In this document: piece by piece, positions 36,179-46,482 of the stretch
How the letters are laid out: every line of letters starts with the position of its first letter
Position numbering within the stretch: position 1 is the stretch's first letter
Assembly: GCA_018260475.1 (NCBI GenBank)
Contig: JAGLBA010000009.1
Location: 8,741-72,740, forward strand
Direction of reading: 5' to 3'
DNA: 64,000 nt
Origin: Chryseobacterium sp.
GTDB taxonomy: Bacteria; Bacteroidota; Bacteroidia; Flavobacteriales; Weeksellaceae
The notes under the pieces: model-generated
Databases searched by the model: none
What the model saw: the letters and a program-made list of their open reading frames with translations, nothing else
Told to the model about the DNA's origin: nothing
Translations under genes and position numbers: made by a program

Positions 36179-37846
36179 ATGAACAAGACATTATCTATAG
36201 GACTGGCCGGCTTTTCTTTTATGATCGAAGAGCAAGCCTATATGAAACTTTCCGACTACCTCACTGCACTGCGCGGCTCGCTGGACCCTGCCGAGGCAGA
36301 TGAAGTGATGCACGACATCGAAATCCGCATGGTAGAAATCTTCAAAGAATCCCTCGGGAAGCGCGACGTGATCAACTACCAAGATGTGGAAAATATGATT
36401 GCCCAGATCGGTACGCCGGAAGCCATCGGCGAGCAGGAAGTAGCCTACTATTCCGATACTTCTAAAGCAAAAACTTCCCCGTTTTCAGCATCTCAAAAAC
36501 AACTGTTTCGCGACCCGGAAAACCAAAAGATTGCCGGTGTTTGTGCGGGATTAGCGCATTATGTAGGAATGGAGGTTTCGTGGATGCGCATCATCTGGGT
36601 AGTGATCGCGATTTTGGGAATCTTTTCGGCACACATTTCCACCGGCTTGGAAATTTTAGTTTACATCATCCTCTGGATTGCAGTGCCGAAAGCGCAGACC
36701 GCCGCAGATTTCCTGCGTATGAAGGGCAAGCCTGTCAATTTCGATAACATCAAACAAGAATCTGGGAAAATTGTGCAATTTGCCAACGAATCTACTCAAA
36801 GAATGGGCGAAATTTACAATGCCAATAAGCCTTACATCAATACTGCCGGCGATAATATCTGGAATATTCTAAGGTTTGTACTGGGCGCTTTGGCAGCGTT
36901 AATTGGTTTGCCGCTTTTGTTTTCGTCCGTAGTCATTTTCGGCGCAGGATTCGATACGGATATGATCAGTATTCCGGGTAATTTCAGATTCATTTTGGAA
37001 GACGGCTATATGAGATATATGGGTCTTGGATTTATATTCCTAACGCTTTTCATACCTGCGATGTTGCTTTTATACGCTGCGATAAAACTATTTTCTCCCA
37101 AAACAAAATTGAACAATACGGGCTATATTCTCAGTTTGCTGGCTGTATTTTGGCTGATTTCAGGGGTGCTGTTTGGTTTCAAGGCGTTTCAATATAAAAC
37201 ACAATACTCCGGAAACATAGATGCCAGCGAGAATGTTGCAATCTCCTCACCATCGGACACAATTTTTGTTGATTTGAAAAAAGTGGCGATTCCGCAAACC
37301 TTCAAAGCCTACGGAAATGATATTTTTACCGATAGAAAAACCGTGTACATGGAAGATTACCCGAACTTGGATGTAACCAGAAAAGACGGAAATTTCGCTC
37401 CTTACCTCATGGTTCACAAGGAAGCAGATGGCTACAACATCCCGATGAATGTCCGCGTGCCAGTGGAAATTGTGGACAATAAAGTCCTGCTTCCGAACTA
37501 TTACGCCTACCCGTATAGCGAAAGAATACGCGACTATGACATCTCCTACGAACTGGTAATTCCTAAAAACAAAAAGGTGATTGCGCTGAATGACGAGAAT
37601 GGTTTTTCCGTAAATGACAGCGATGAGACTGAGGATAAAAACGCGAATGTGAACATAAAAATAGGCAAACATTCATTGAACATCCATGAAGCCGGGGAGG
37701 ATTCCTTTACCATTAATGGTAAAAAAGTGAGCAAAGAAGAAGGCGAACACATGATGGATTCCTTGAATATAAACCTGGATGATTTGAAAAACCTGAATGT
37801 CACCGTGAAAGAAGGTAAGAAAAAAGTAGAAATCACTACGAAATAA
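36179..37846 (+). CDS. PspC domain-containing membrane protein
   Basis: LFRDPENQKIAGVCAGLAHYVGMEVSWMRIIWVV PspC motif. Multiple TM segments and a long C-terminal extracytoplasmic part. Lies 12 nt after padR. Confidence 0.85.
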   Translation: MNKTLSIGLAGFSFMIEEQAYMKLSDYLTALRGSLDPAEADEVMHDIEIRMVEIFKESLGKRDVINYQDVENMIAQIGTPEAIGEQEVAYYSDTSKAKTSPFSASQKQLFRDPENQKIAGVCAGLAHYVGMEVSWMRIIWVVIAILGIFSAHISTGLEILVYIILWIAVPKAQTAADFLRMKGKPVNFDNIKQESGKIVQFANESTQRMGEIYNANKPYINTAGDNIWNILRFVLGALAALIGLPLLFSSVVIFGAGFDTDMISIPGNFRFILEDGYMRYMGLGFIFLTLFIPAMLLLYAAIKLFSPKTKLNNTGYILSLLAVFWLISGVLFGFKAFQYKTQYSGNIDASENVAISSPSDTIFVDLKKVAIPQTFKAYGNDIFTDRKTVYMEDYPNLDVTRKDGNFAPYLMVHKEADGYNIPMNVRVPVEIVDNKVLLPNYYAYPYSERIRDYDISYELVIPKNKKVIALNDENGFSVNDSDETEDKNANVNIKIGKHSLNIHEAGEDSFTINGKKVSKEEGEHMMDSLNINLDDLKNLNVTVKEGKKKVEITTK

Positions 37847-38025
37847 TGAATTAATTTTAATTAAAATTTAACATTTGCCTTGATATTAATCTTGAAAAAT
37901 AGTTTAATTTAGCAATATCAAAAACTAATAATTATGGTGCAGTTTGTTTTAGAAATCGTCATCTCAGTCATAGATTTCGTAACTCGTTTTTTATAGAAAT
38001 AACATAAATTTTCAATACATTTGTA

Positions 38026-38056
38026 AAGTATAACCTCATGGTTATACTTTTTTATT
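38026..38056 (+). terminator. intrinsic terminator, 180 nt downstream of pspC
   Basis: 10-bp stem aagtataacc/ggttatactt with loop tcat, followed by TTTTTATTTT. Confidence 0.7.
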
Positions 38057-38069
38057 TTGCAAAAAAACT

Positions 38070-38642
38070 ATGAAAAAACTGATCGGAAAACTCGCAATGA
38101 AACTAGTAGGCTGGAAAATCGTCCTACACGGCGATGTAGATAATCTGGATCGCTGCATTCTCGTGGTAGCGCCACACACGGCTAATGACGAATATATTTT
38201 GGGAAACCTCTCCTACTGGGCACTTGGGAAAAAACTAAAAATCATTATAAAAGATGAACACACAAAGGCTTGGTATGGCGGCGTGGTGAAGGCGTTGGGT
38301 GGCATCGGGATAGATCGATCCCAGAAAAACAACCTCGTGAATTTTGTGGCTAATGAATTCAAAAAAGACAGTTTCTCCCTCGTGATCACGCCCGAGGGCA
38401 CGCGCAGCTGGGTACCGAAATGGCGCAAAGGATTCTACCACATGGCGATGGAAGCCAAAGTCCCAATCGTGCTTGCGGCAGGTGATTTCAAAAGAAAAAA
38501 CATTATTCTTGGCTATAAAATTCCGTATGAAAAATTAGCCAGCGTGCCTTTCGAGGAAGTGATGGAAGAGATAGAAAACTACTATATTATACACGATATT
38601 CAACCAAAAATTAAAGAAAACTGGAACCCGAAAATCTATTAA
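38070..38642 (+). CDS. 1-acyl-sn-glycerol-3-phosphate acyltransferase family protein
   Basis: 190 aa. VVAPHTANDE (Hx4D/E-type box) and ITPEGTRS block. Confidence 0.75.
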   Translation: MKKLIGKLAMKLVGWKIVLHGDVDNLDRCILVVAPHTANDEYILGNLSYWALGKKLKIIIKDEHTKAWYGGVVKALGGIGIDRSQKNNLVNFVANEFKKDSFSLVITPEGTRSWVPKWRKGFYHMAMEAKVPIVLAAGDFKRKNIILGYKIPYEKLASVPFEEVMEEIENYYIIHDIQPKIKENWNPKIY

Positions 38643-38681
38643 AGCTCTTTAATTTTTAAAACTTTAAATAAACCTAATATT

Positions 38682-39104
38682 ATGGACCAACAAAGAAGAG
38701 AGGAAATCCTAAATTTCCTGAACAATTGGGGACAGGAAACTATGGTAAAGACCGTAGGAATCGTCTTCACCGATGTTTCGGATGATAGCCTATCTGCCAC
38801 GATGCCCGTGCTTCCGCGTGTGCACCAGCCGTTCGGTGTTCTACATGGCGGTGCAAGTTGCGTGTTGGCGGAGACTTTGGGTTCTTGCCTATCCAATATA
38901 TTCATCGATCAGGAGAAATCTTATGCTGTGGGATCCAATATCAATTCTAACCACCTGCGTAGCAAAAGAGACGGTATAGTAACGGGAACCGCACGATTCA
39001 TCCGTAAAGGAAATACAACGCATGTTTCCGAAATTGAAATCCGAGATGAAGAGGGCCAACTGCTCAACTATACTACGATGACAAATAATGTGATCGCTAA
39101 ATAA
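38682..39104 (+). CDS. hotdog-fold thioesterase (PaaI/YdiI family; probable 1,4-dihydroxy-2-naphthoyl-CoA hydrolase)
   Basis: HQPFGVLHGGASCVLAETLGS motif. Overlaps the next (isochorismate synthase) gene by 1 nt (TAATG). Confidence 0.75.
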   Translation: MDQQRREEILNFLNNWGQETMVKTVGIVFTDVSDDSLSATMPVLPRVHQPFGVLHGGASCVLAETLGSCLSNIFIDQEKSYAVGSNINSNHLRSKRDGIVTGTARFIRKGNTTHVSEIEIRDEEGQLLNYTTMTNNVIAK

Positions 39105-40060
39105 TGCTATATTTCAAATTTCCATTTGATAATAATATCTGTACTTTAGAAGGCATCTCAACAACCCCCACGGTGACCTTCGTTCCTTTTGATGAGAGCA
39201 AAAATCTTGAATTTTTTGGCCAAATAAAATCAATCAATAATCTGCCAAAAACTGATTTTGATGAATTGATTCTGTTGAAGGATTTTGTTGAAGAAAACCA
39301 GCAGGAATATATCGATAAAATTTCGCATATTATTGAATTCATCAAAGATAATAAACTCAAAAAATTAGTAATCGCCAGACAAAAAGCGTTTGATTTCAAT
39401 GGGAAAAAGGTCGATCTCAGTCACTCTTTTCAGAATATCTGTAACGCCCACCCAAACGCTTTTGCTTATATGGCGTTCGCGAACGGAGTAGCGAGAATTG
39501 GTGCTTTTTCGGAACTACTAGGGAAATTCAACAAGAAAACTTCGGAATTTGAAACCGTGAGCCTTGCCGGGACTTTACCATTAAATGAAGATTGGACTGA
39601 AAAGGAAATTGACGAACAAAAAACCGTGACGGATTACATTTCTGCAATACTAAAAAATTACACCTCGCATCTGGAAGTGAGCGCTCCGAAAGACCATATT
39701 TCCGGGAATATCAAGCATTTAAAAACAGAGTTTTCCGCCAGGATAAACGCCGATGATTTTAATGAAATCATCAATGAACTCCACCCGACGCCAGCAGTAT
39801 GCGGCATCCCGAAAGCGTTTTGTAAGACTTCAATACAGAAATTTGAGAAATATCCACGCGGCTATTATTCTGGATACATCCGCATAGAAACGGGAGATAC
39901 CATACAATGTTTTGTCAACCTCCGTTGTGCAGAATTTTATCAAAACAAAGCCATTGCCTTCGTAGGTGGCGGCATCACACCGAAGAGCGATCCCGCAAAA
40001 GAATGGCGCGAAACTGAATTGAAATCCGAAGCCGTTTTAAAGAATATTACGGTTTTTTAG
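39104..40060 (+). CDS. menF: isochorismate synthase (short form)
   Basis: LHPTPAVCGIPK, YYSGYIR and AFVGGGITPKSDPAKEWRETELK chorismate-binding motifs; only 318 aa. Confidence 0.8.
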   Translation: MLYFKFPFDNNICTLEGISTTPTVTFVPFDESKNLEFFGQIKSINNLPKTDFDELILLKDFVEENQQEYIDKISHIIEFIKDNKLKKLVIARQKAFDFNGKKVDLSHSFQNICNAHPNAFAYMAFANGVARIGAFSELLGKFNKKTSEFETVSLAGTLPLNEDWTEKEIDEQKTVTDYISAILKNYTSHLEVSAPKDHISGNIKHLKTEFSARINADDFNEIINELHPTPAVCGIPKAFCKTSIQKFEKYPRGYYSGYIRIETGDTIQCFVNLRCAEFYQNKAIAFVGGGITPKSDPAKEWRETELKSEAVLKNITVF

Positions 40061-40244
40061 AACCAATTTTTGACCAAGTATTCAATACAAAAACTGCCAA
40101 AATACCCACAATTGCGGCAGCCAAAGACAAAATATACTTAGTATTGGCCTCGTGCATTATACCCGATTCCCAATCAAAAGAATAGAGAATTATCCCAATG
40201 ATGATTATGAAAATAATCAGAAAAACTTTATAAATAGTCTGCAT
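40047..40244 (-). CDS. small two-TM membrane protein (hypothetical)
   Basis: 65 aa with two clear hydrophobic helices. Lies 2 nt downstream of marC on the same strand. No family recognised. Confidence 0.5.
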   Translation of the reverse strand: MQTIYKVFLIIFIIIIGIILYSFDWESGIMHEANTKYILSLAAAIVGILAVFVLNTWSKIGSKKP

Positions 40245-40246
40245 AA

Positions 40247-40843
40247 TTAGAAATTAATATAACTCTGTACGAGCTGTGCAAAGTTAGCGGTAAATAATTT
40301 AATAGAGATCGCCAAAAGTATAATTCCAAATACTTTTTGCAAAACTTGCAAAGATCCTTCGCCCATTTTGCGCTCTAACCAGTTGGCAGATTTTAAAACG
40401 ATATACACGAAAATTGAGTTCAAAATAATTCCACAAATAATATTAATATCGTGGTATTCGGCACGAAGCGAGAGCGTCGTGGTAAGTGTTCCAGCTCCAG
40501 CTATAAGGGGGAAGGCAATGGGAACGATGGAAGCAGATTTCGCCTCGCCCTGCTTATGGATTTCTATCCCAAGAATCATCTCTATGGCAATGATGAAGAT
40601 AACAAATGCCCCTGCAATTGCAAAGGAATTGACATCCACCCCTATGAATTTTAGTATTTTATCTCCAATAAATAGAAAAGAAATCATCAGAATCAGTGCC
40701 ACTACGGACGCTTTTTCGGATTCGATATGTCCGAATTTCTGTTTCAGTGTAACGATGATAGGAACGGATCCCAAAATATCAATTACGGCGAACAAAACCA
40801 TAAAGCAGGTTAATACTTCTTTGACTGAAAATTCTTCGAACAT
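40247..40843 (-). CDS. MarC family (UPF0056) integral membrane protein
   Basis: 198 aa, 6 TM. FAVIDILGSVPI and PLIAGAGTLTT motifs. Confidence 0.85.
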   Translation of the reverse strand: MFEEFSVKEVLTCFMVLFAVIDILGSVPIIVTLKQKFGHIESEKASVVALILMISFLFIGDKILKFIGVDVNSFAIAGAFVIFIIAIEMILGIEIHKQGEAKSASIVPIAFPLIAGAGTLTTTLSLRAEYHDINIICGIILNSIFVYIVLKSANWLERKMGEGSLQVLQKVFGIILLAISIKLFTANFAQLVQSYINF

Positions 40844-40890
40844 GGTGCTTATATTTAATTTTCCGCAAAAATATGAATATTTTTTAGATA

Positions 40891-42606
40891 TTATATAATT
40901 GCAGAATATACCCTTTGAATTTCATCAGCCAGAGGCATTAGTGCTTCCGAAGAATGCAGCGGCGCATAGCGTTCTATCTCCATTTTTTGTTTTAATTCCC
41001 TATATTCTTCGGCAGTTTTCATACCATTTCGTTGTTCCAACCATTGGTTTAGGGAGGCGGCGCCGTTGTTTTTTACATAGCGTTCAGCATCGGCATCCAA
41101 AGCATCATAATTTTTGAAAAATTCATAATAATTTTTTTCCTCCACTAATTTTTTTAAAAAGGAAATGTACGCCTCCACATCCGGCGCCATTTTTAGACGA
41201 ATATCATTTTCTGTTTCCCGCACCGTCCCAGAAGGCTGCATTGATTTTTGCTGGGTAGAAAGATACCGCCTCACAAACCACGCTCCGACTAATAGAATCA
41301 CAAAAAAACCACCTATCAAAGAATAATTGGTGATGATCGTTTGCCATTTCAGACCTGTTTTCGGTTTTATTTTCAGTTTATGAGTGGCAACTACGGGCGT
41401 ACTCACGGTTTCCAAAACGGTGTTGCTGTACTCGTTCACTCTCTCCATGGTGCTTTTGTCTTCAGAAACTTGTTCGGGGGTCAGCACGGTGAGTGCCACT
41501 TTTGGAACACCAAGGTTGATGTATTTTTTAACCGCCGGATCGAAGTACGAAAAATTTTCCGCCTCTATCCGAACTTCTCCCGGAATATTAGGTATTACCA
41601 AATATTGCGCAGAAATAACACTTTTTTCAGAATTTGTAGATTCAGTTTTGATCTGCGGACTGTAAAACGAATAGTTTTTTGAGGATTTTAAGTGGGGCAT
41701 TTTTCTTTCGTCCAGATTGCCTCGTCCGCTAACTTTTAAAACTACGGGAACAGGTTTCCCTATTTGCACACGCGCGTCCGGGTCGGCTTGGGAAAAATTG
41801 ATATTGTATTTCCCCACCAATTTCTTGAAATTCACAGGAGCTTCCGCAGGCAGTTTTTTGATGTTGAGCCGAACACGATTAGACCAAACTTTAATAGGAG
41901 CACCACCATTGTTATAAAGCGCAGAAACCGGCTTTAATTCAACAAAACCTGAAGTTTCCGGCACAATATTTAGCGTTACCAACACCCGCGATGACTTCGC
42001 GCGCGCACTTTGTTCAATATCCTGATGCTCCAATCGTAAAGGTTTGATTTTTACATTTTTTTGATGAGCAAAATTCACCGCACCGATGTTCATTAGTTTT
42101 CCCACATCTTTGCTGTAAGCCCTTACGACAGCGGTAGCAGGTTGATTTTCAAAAATTTCCTTATCCTGGACCTCCAAAACCAAGCGGATATCGTCCTTCT
42201 TATTTTCCTTTTTGGCAATGGCTTCTTTTACAATAATTTCAAAAGGTTCCGATTTATAAAATTGCCCATTCACTTTAACCAAAGCCGACCCAATTTTGAT
42301 ATTTCCAGCTTCCTTAGGTTCCAGCGCTACGAGGTAAACAATTTGGTTTACCACGGTATTTGTACCCGTTTCTACAAAGGAATTTTGGTTGGATCCGGTG
42401 CCAATCAGTTCAAATTTGGAAAAATCAGGAAGTTTTACGCGGGATTCCTGCAAGAGGTCGTTACCGTTCAGTTCAAAGACGATCGTCAGATTGAGGCGCT
42501 CGTTCACATGCAACTCTTTTTTATCCACATAAGCCGTAAGTTGCACCTGTCCGTATAAGAATACCGACAGAAAAACCAACAGAATATGGGATAATTTCTT
42601 TGTCAT
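40891..42606 (-). CDS. batD: BatD (aerotolerance operon) protein
   Basis: Signal peptide, long beta-rich ectodomain, one TM segment near residue 420 and a cytoplasmic tail. Sits directly after batC with no gap. Confidence 0.75.
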   Translation of the reverse strand: MTKKLSHILLVFLSVFLYGQVQLTAYVDKKELHVNERLNLTIVFELNGNDLLQESRVKLPDFSKFELIGTGSNQNSFVETGTNTVVNQIVYLVALEPKEAGNIKIGSALVKVNGQFYKSEPFEIIVKEAIAKKENKKDDIRLVLEVQDKEIFENQPATAVVRAYSKDVGKLMNIGAVNFAHQKNVKIKPLRLEHQDIEQSARAKSSRVLVTLNIVPETSGFVELKPVSALYNNGGAPIKVWSNRVRLNIKKLPAEAPVNFKKLVGKYNINFSQADPDARVQIGKPVPVVLKVSGRGNLDERKMPHLKSSKNYSFYSPQIKTESTNSEKSVISAQYLVIPNIPGEVRIEAENFSYFDPAVKKYINLGVPKVALTVLTPEQVSEDKSTMERVNEYSNTVLETVSTPVVATHKLKIKPKTGLKWQTIITNYSLIGGFFVILLVGAWFVRRYLSTQQKSMQPSGTVRETENDIRLKMAPDVEAYISFLKKLVEEKNYYEFFKNYDALDADAERYVKNNGAASLNQWLEQRNGMKTAEEYRELKQKMEIERYAPLHSSEALMPLADEIQRVYSAII

Positions 42607-43323
42607 TTACCAGTCTTTCTCGTTGCTTTGCGGAACGGAGTACCCATTTTTATTAAGGATTCTACGGGCAGTCTCCCTTTCTTTGTCCTCGGCATTTTTG
42701 AGGATTTGTCTTTCTAAATCTTTCGGCAAATTGCTGTTTTCAGATTTATTCGGGTCGTTTCCTTCACCGGAACCTTGCTGCTGTTTGTCTTGTCCGCCAG
42801 ACTGTGGGGATTTACCATTGTTATCCTTAGGTTCCTGCGGATTTTTGCCTTTATTTCCGCCTCCACCTTTACTTTCTTTTTGCTTTTTTTGCTTGTCTTT
42901 TAGCATCGCAATCTCGAAATTTTTCCGTGCGGCATCGTTATAAGGATCCTGTTTTAAGGCTTTTTTATAATATTCGGCGGCTTTTTCATGGTTTTTTTCC
43001 TGCATATTGGCATTGCCCATATTGTAGAGCGCCGCCATGCGATCGGATTTGGTTTTGGCAAGGGCCTGTGCCTTATTATATTCGGCTAGTGCCTCCTTGT
43101 ACATTTTTCTTTTGTAAAAGGAATTTCCGAGGTTATAGTGGGCTGCGAAATCTTTGCTCTTCAGTTTGGCAGCATCCAAAAATTTGGATCCAGCTGCTTC
43201 GTAATCCTTTGAATTATAGGCCTTATTTCCTTTATGAATCAAGGCATTATAATTATTCTGCGCTTTCACACTATAAAAAGCGGTAAAAAAGAGAATCAGT
43301 AAAAAGTAAAGTTTATTCATCAT
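42607..43323 (-). CDS. batC: BatC-like TPR protein
   Basis: Signal peptide, TPR repeats (YNLGNSFYKRKMYKEALAEY..., YNMGNANMQEKNHEKAAEYY...) and a K/Q/G-rich tail. Confidence 0.75.
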   Translation of the reverse strand: MMNKLYFLLILFFTAFYSVKAQNNYNALIHKGNKAYNSKDYEAAGSKFLDAAKLKSKDFAAHYNLGNSFYKRKMYKEALAEYNKAQALAKTKSDRMAALYNMGNANMQEKNHEKAAEYYKKALKQDPYNDAARKNFEIAMLKDKQKKQKESKGGGGNKGKNPQEPKDNNGKSPQSGGQDKQQQGSGEGNDPNKSENSNLPKDLERQILKNAEDKERETARRILNKNGYSVPQSNEKDW

Positions 43324-43553
43324 TAATTAACAGACAAAAATACCTGTTTATATGTTAATAATAAGAGTGATTATTGTTAAATTAGGTTAAAAACAGAAGT
43401 TGGTTGATGCGGTTGTTTTACAGATAATGATAAATGAATGATGGTATATAACCTCAACCCGAAAGTTATTATTCAAATCAAAATATTATAAACCCAAATC
43501 TCGGAAACCCGTAACTCGTAACTCTAATTCTTATTCTCCAAATCCCTAACTCC

Positions 43554-44561
43554 TTATATATTAAAATCCCGTTTTGGATTAATAAGAAAAATAAGGAAGA
43601 AAATCAGGATGGAAACGGCCAATGGATATTGGTAATAATGTACCGAATTTTGAGATTTTATGGTCATTTGCGATGTACCGGATTTCTTGCTCAGGCTTTC
43701 CGAAATCTGCTGTACGGCATTTTGCAGGTTGTTACCATCTATGTAAGTTCCCCCTGATTTTTCGGCGATGTTTTGGAGGGCGGCGGTTTGTCTTTTCGTC
43801 ACCACAGTTTCTCCCAACATATCGGATTTATAACCCATTAATTGACCATAGAGATATTCCGGAACGGGTGCCCCCTGCTCGGTCCCCACTCCCACAGTCG
43901 TCACAGAAATACCTGCACTCGCAGCAAGTTTTGCCGCAGACTCATCATTACCCTCATTATCCTCGCCATCGCTGATGAGGACGACCTGCCGGGAGCCTTT
44001 GGGAATATTTTTAAATTTATTTTCTGCCACCTGCATGGCTTTCAAAAAATCTGTTCCCTGAACTTTCATTACCGAAGTTTCTATCCCGCCAATGTAGGTT
44101 TCGGCAGCAGAAAAATCTGTAGTGAGTGGCATAATGGATGTTGCATCGCCGGCAAAAACGATCACGCCCACACGATCATTGGTAAAATTTTTCAAAGAAT
44201 TAATCATGATATTCTTGGCCTCGGTAAGTCGGTTTGGTTGAATATCCTCCGCATTCATCGAGTTGGAAACATCCAGCACAAACAGAACATTATTCATTTT
44301 TTGCTGGGTTTTGATTTCCTCTTTACCTCCTAAAATATCTATCATTGCCAAAATCAAAAACAGAAATGCTACCAAATACATCAGCGGCAAAATTTTGGTA
44401 AACCACCCTTGCTTTTCAAAAAGTGATTCCTGAAAACGGGTCTCGGCAAATATTTCCCGCCTTGCCGACCGCCATTTTATAAAATTAAAAACGGCAAAAC
44501 CTATCGCCGGCAAAACAAGCAACAGTAAAAGATACCAGTAATTTCCCAAATAAAAATCCAT
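43554..44561 (-). CDS. batB: BatB-like VWA-domain membrane protein
   Basis: N-terminal TM segments and a VWA MIDAS motif VLFVLDVSNSM. The start abuts the batA stop. Confidence 0.85.
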   Translation of the reverse strand: MDFYLGNYWYLLLLLVLPAIGFAVFNFIKWRSARREIFAETRFQESLFEKQGWFTKILPLMYLVAFLFLILAMIDILGGKEEIKTQQKMNNVLFVLDVSNSMNAEDIQPNRLTEAKNIMINSLKNFTNDRVGVIVFAGDATSIMPLTTDFSAAETYIGGIETSVMKVQGTDFLKAMQVAENKFKNIPKGSRQVVLISDGEDNEGNDESAAKLAASAGISVTTVGVGTEQGAPVPEYLYGQLMGYKSDMLGETVVTKRQTAALQNIAEKSGGTYIDGNNLQNAVQQISESLSKKSGTSQMTIKSQNSVHYYQYPLAVSILIFFLIFLINPKRDFNI

Positions 44562-45563
44562 CTACAATACGGTTTTATAGAACACCCACCTCAGCAGCGC
44601 ATCTAGAATTAGGGTAAGAAATGCTATCCATAGAAAAATCCTGAAATATTCTTGGTAGTTGTAAATTTTCTCAGATTTTATATCCGATTTTTCCAATTGG
44701 TCTATCTCATTGTATACCTCGCTCAGACTTTGGTTGGAAGTCGCACGGAAATATTTTCCGCCAGTCGTAACAGCAATATCCCTTAGCGCCGGTTCATCTA
44801 TTTTAACTTCCATTTCCTCAAAAATAATTTCTCCAAAAATATCCTGACGCGCAGGAAACAATGCGAAACCATTTGTCCCTATGCCAATGGTATACACCCT
44901 TATGTCATTATTTTTCGCCAATTCGGCGGCGGTTTGCGGCGGCATTGCATTTTCTACAGTGTTCACGCCATCGGTCATCAAAATAACGATTTTGCTTTTC
45001 GCTTTGCTATTCTTTAGGTGATTTACAGCAACCGTTAATCCATCGCCAATGGATGTCCCGGGTTGCAATTCGAGCGGATTCAGATTATCTAATTCCTCTT
45101 GAACTACCTGATGATCGGATGTTACAGGTACTTTTGCAATTGCCTCTCCGGAGTAAGTTACCAGCCCTATCCGGTCGGTCGGTCGGCGTTGGACGAAATC
45201 TTTTGCGATCCCCTGTAGAGCCGTCAAACGGTCGGGTTCCAAATCCTTAGCCAACATAGAGAGCGAAACATCCATCGCGAGGATGATGTCCACGCCCTTA
45301 TTGGGGTCCTGCTCATCAGAAATGGTGAAGGTTCTTGGCCTTGCCAAAGCAATAATCAAGGTTGAAAGAATGATATATTTGCTGATTTTTAACAAAAAAA
45401 GTACAAACAAAAAACTTTCGTTTCCCTTCATATTCATTGTGGACGGCACACGAATTCCCTTGCGTTGTTTCTTACGCAAATCCCTGATTAACAATGGGAT
45501 TAGCAGCAAAAATAACAGCAGCGCCCACGGCGTATAAAATTCAAAGTTCCATCCGCTAAACAT
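44562..45563 (-). CDS. batA: BatA-like VWA-domain membrane protein
   Basis: VWA MIDAS motif DIILAMDVSLSM. Start set at ATG 45563 (MFSGWNFEF...), overlapping the upstream stop by 8 nt. Confidence 0.85.
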   Translation of the reverse strand: MFSGWNFEFYTPWALLLFLLLIPLLIRDLRKKQRKGIRVPSTMNMKGNESFLFVLFLLKISKYIILSTLIIALARPRTFTISDEQDPNKGVDIILAMDVSLSMLAKDLEPDRLTALQGIAKDFVQRRPTDRIGLVTYSGEAIAKVPVTSDHQVVQEELDNLNPLELQPGTSIGDGLTVAVNHLKNSKAKSKIVILMTDGVNTVENAMPPQTAAELAKNNDIRVYTIGIGTNGFALFPARQDIFGEIIFEEMEVKIDEPALRDIAVTTGGKYFRATSNQSLSEVYNEIDQLEKSDIKSEKIYNYQEYFRIFLWIAFLTLILDALLRWVFYKTVL

Positions 45564-46449
45564 CCTTTCGCAGTTTTTCAAATTCAAGGTCATTAGAGGA
45601 CCTTTTTACCAAAGCAATAATGTCATCAAAGTCCTTCTGCATCGCTGTCTGATCCGGGAATGTCTTGGCAAATTTCACCATATCGCCACGAAGGAAAATA
45701 TCCTCTATTACTTTTTCATTTTCCTCGGAAATCGTTTGATTTTGCTTCATGTAATTCACCAAATCATCGGTGAGCAGGACATTAGCTGGAATATGGTATT
45801 GTTGTGTAAGGAAGTTGCGGGAAATATCTATCAATTCCACATAAAAAGAACGGTAATCGCCGCTTTCCATAAAACCTTTTTTCTTAAGGGCGTCCAGATC
45901 TTTCAGCGTTTGGTTGGTCATTACCACTGATGCACTTTTGCGGCGGCGCCCATATCTAACCAGCTGCCAAATGATGAAAATAGCTGCCAAAAGAATTAAA
46001 AACCCAAGCACATACCATTTATAAACCTCCCAGTAATCCCTCATGCTGAGTGCGACTTCCTTATTTTTCATGATGTCGCTGATTTCGTCTCCTTTTTGCG
46101 CAGTATTCACTACTTCTACCTCGTAGGGAACGGTGTGAAAAATTTCTTCGCCAATCTTTACATCAAAAGCAGGTATCTTAAATGTCCCTTCTTGAAAAAC
46201 CGCAAATTCTATCGTCCTTTCGTAGGAATCCGGCTTTTTAGAAATGCTGTCATTTATTTCCTCAAAATGGAAAGGTAACAGTTCATTTTTAGGTGCGGAA
46301 ACCACATCTTTGCCACCCAAATTTTGGATTCGGATTTTATATACATTGGGCTCGCCAAGTGCAATCCGTTTTTTATCTAATGTAGAAAAAACCGTTTGCG
46401 AATAGGCAAATGCGCTAATAAATGTAAATATTAAAAATAGTTTCTTCAA
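45556..46449 (-). CDS. Bat-operon membrane protein (position of the DUF4381-type gene)
   Basis: 297 aa. Signal peptide MKKLFLIFTFISAFAYSQ and a central TM segment WYVLGFLILLAAIFIIWQLV. Sits between the DUF58 gene and batA. Family assignment is by position only. Confidence 0.6.
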   Translation of the reverse strand: MKKLFLIFTFISAFAYSQTVFSTLDKKRIALGEPNVYKIRIQNLGGKDVVSAPKNELLPFHFEEINDSISKKPDSYERTIEFAVFQEGTFKIPAFDVKIGEEIFHTVPYEVEVVNTAQKGDEISDIMKNKEVALSMRDYWEVYKWYVLGFLILLAAIFIIWQLVRYGRRRKSASVVMTNQTLKDLDALKKKGFMESGDYRSFYVELIDISRNFLTQQYHIPANVLLTDDLVNYMKQNQTISEENEKVIEDIFLRGDMVKFAKTFPDQTAMQKDFDDIIALVKRSSNDLEFEKLRKDV

Positions 46450-46482
46450 TTTTTGATTTTGTTAAATAAAATGGAGTTTCTC

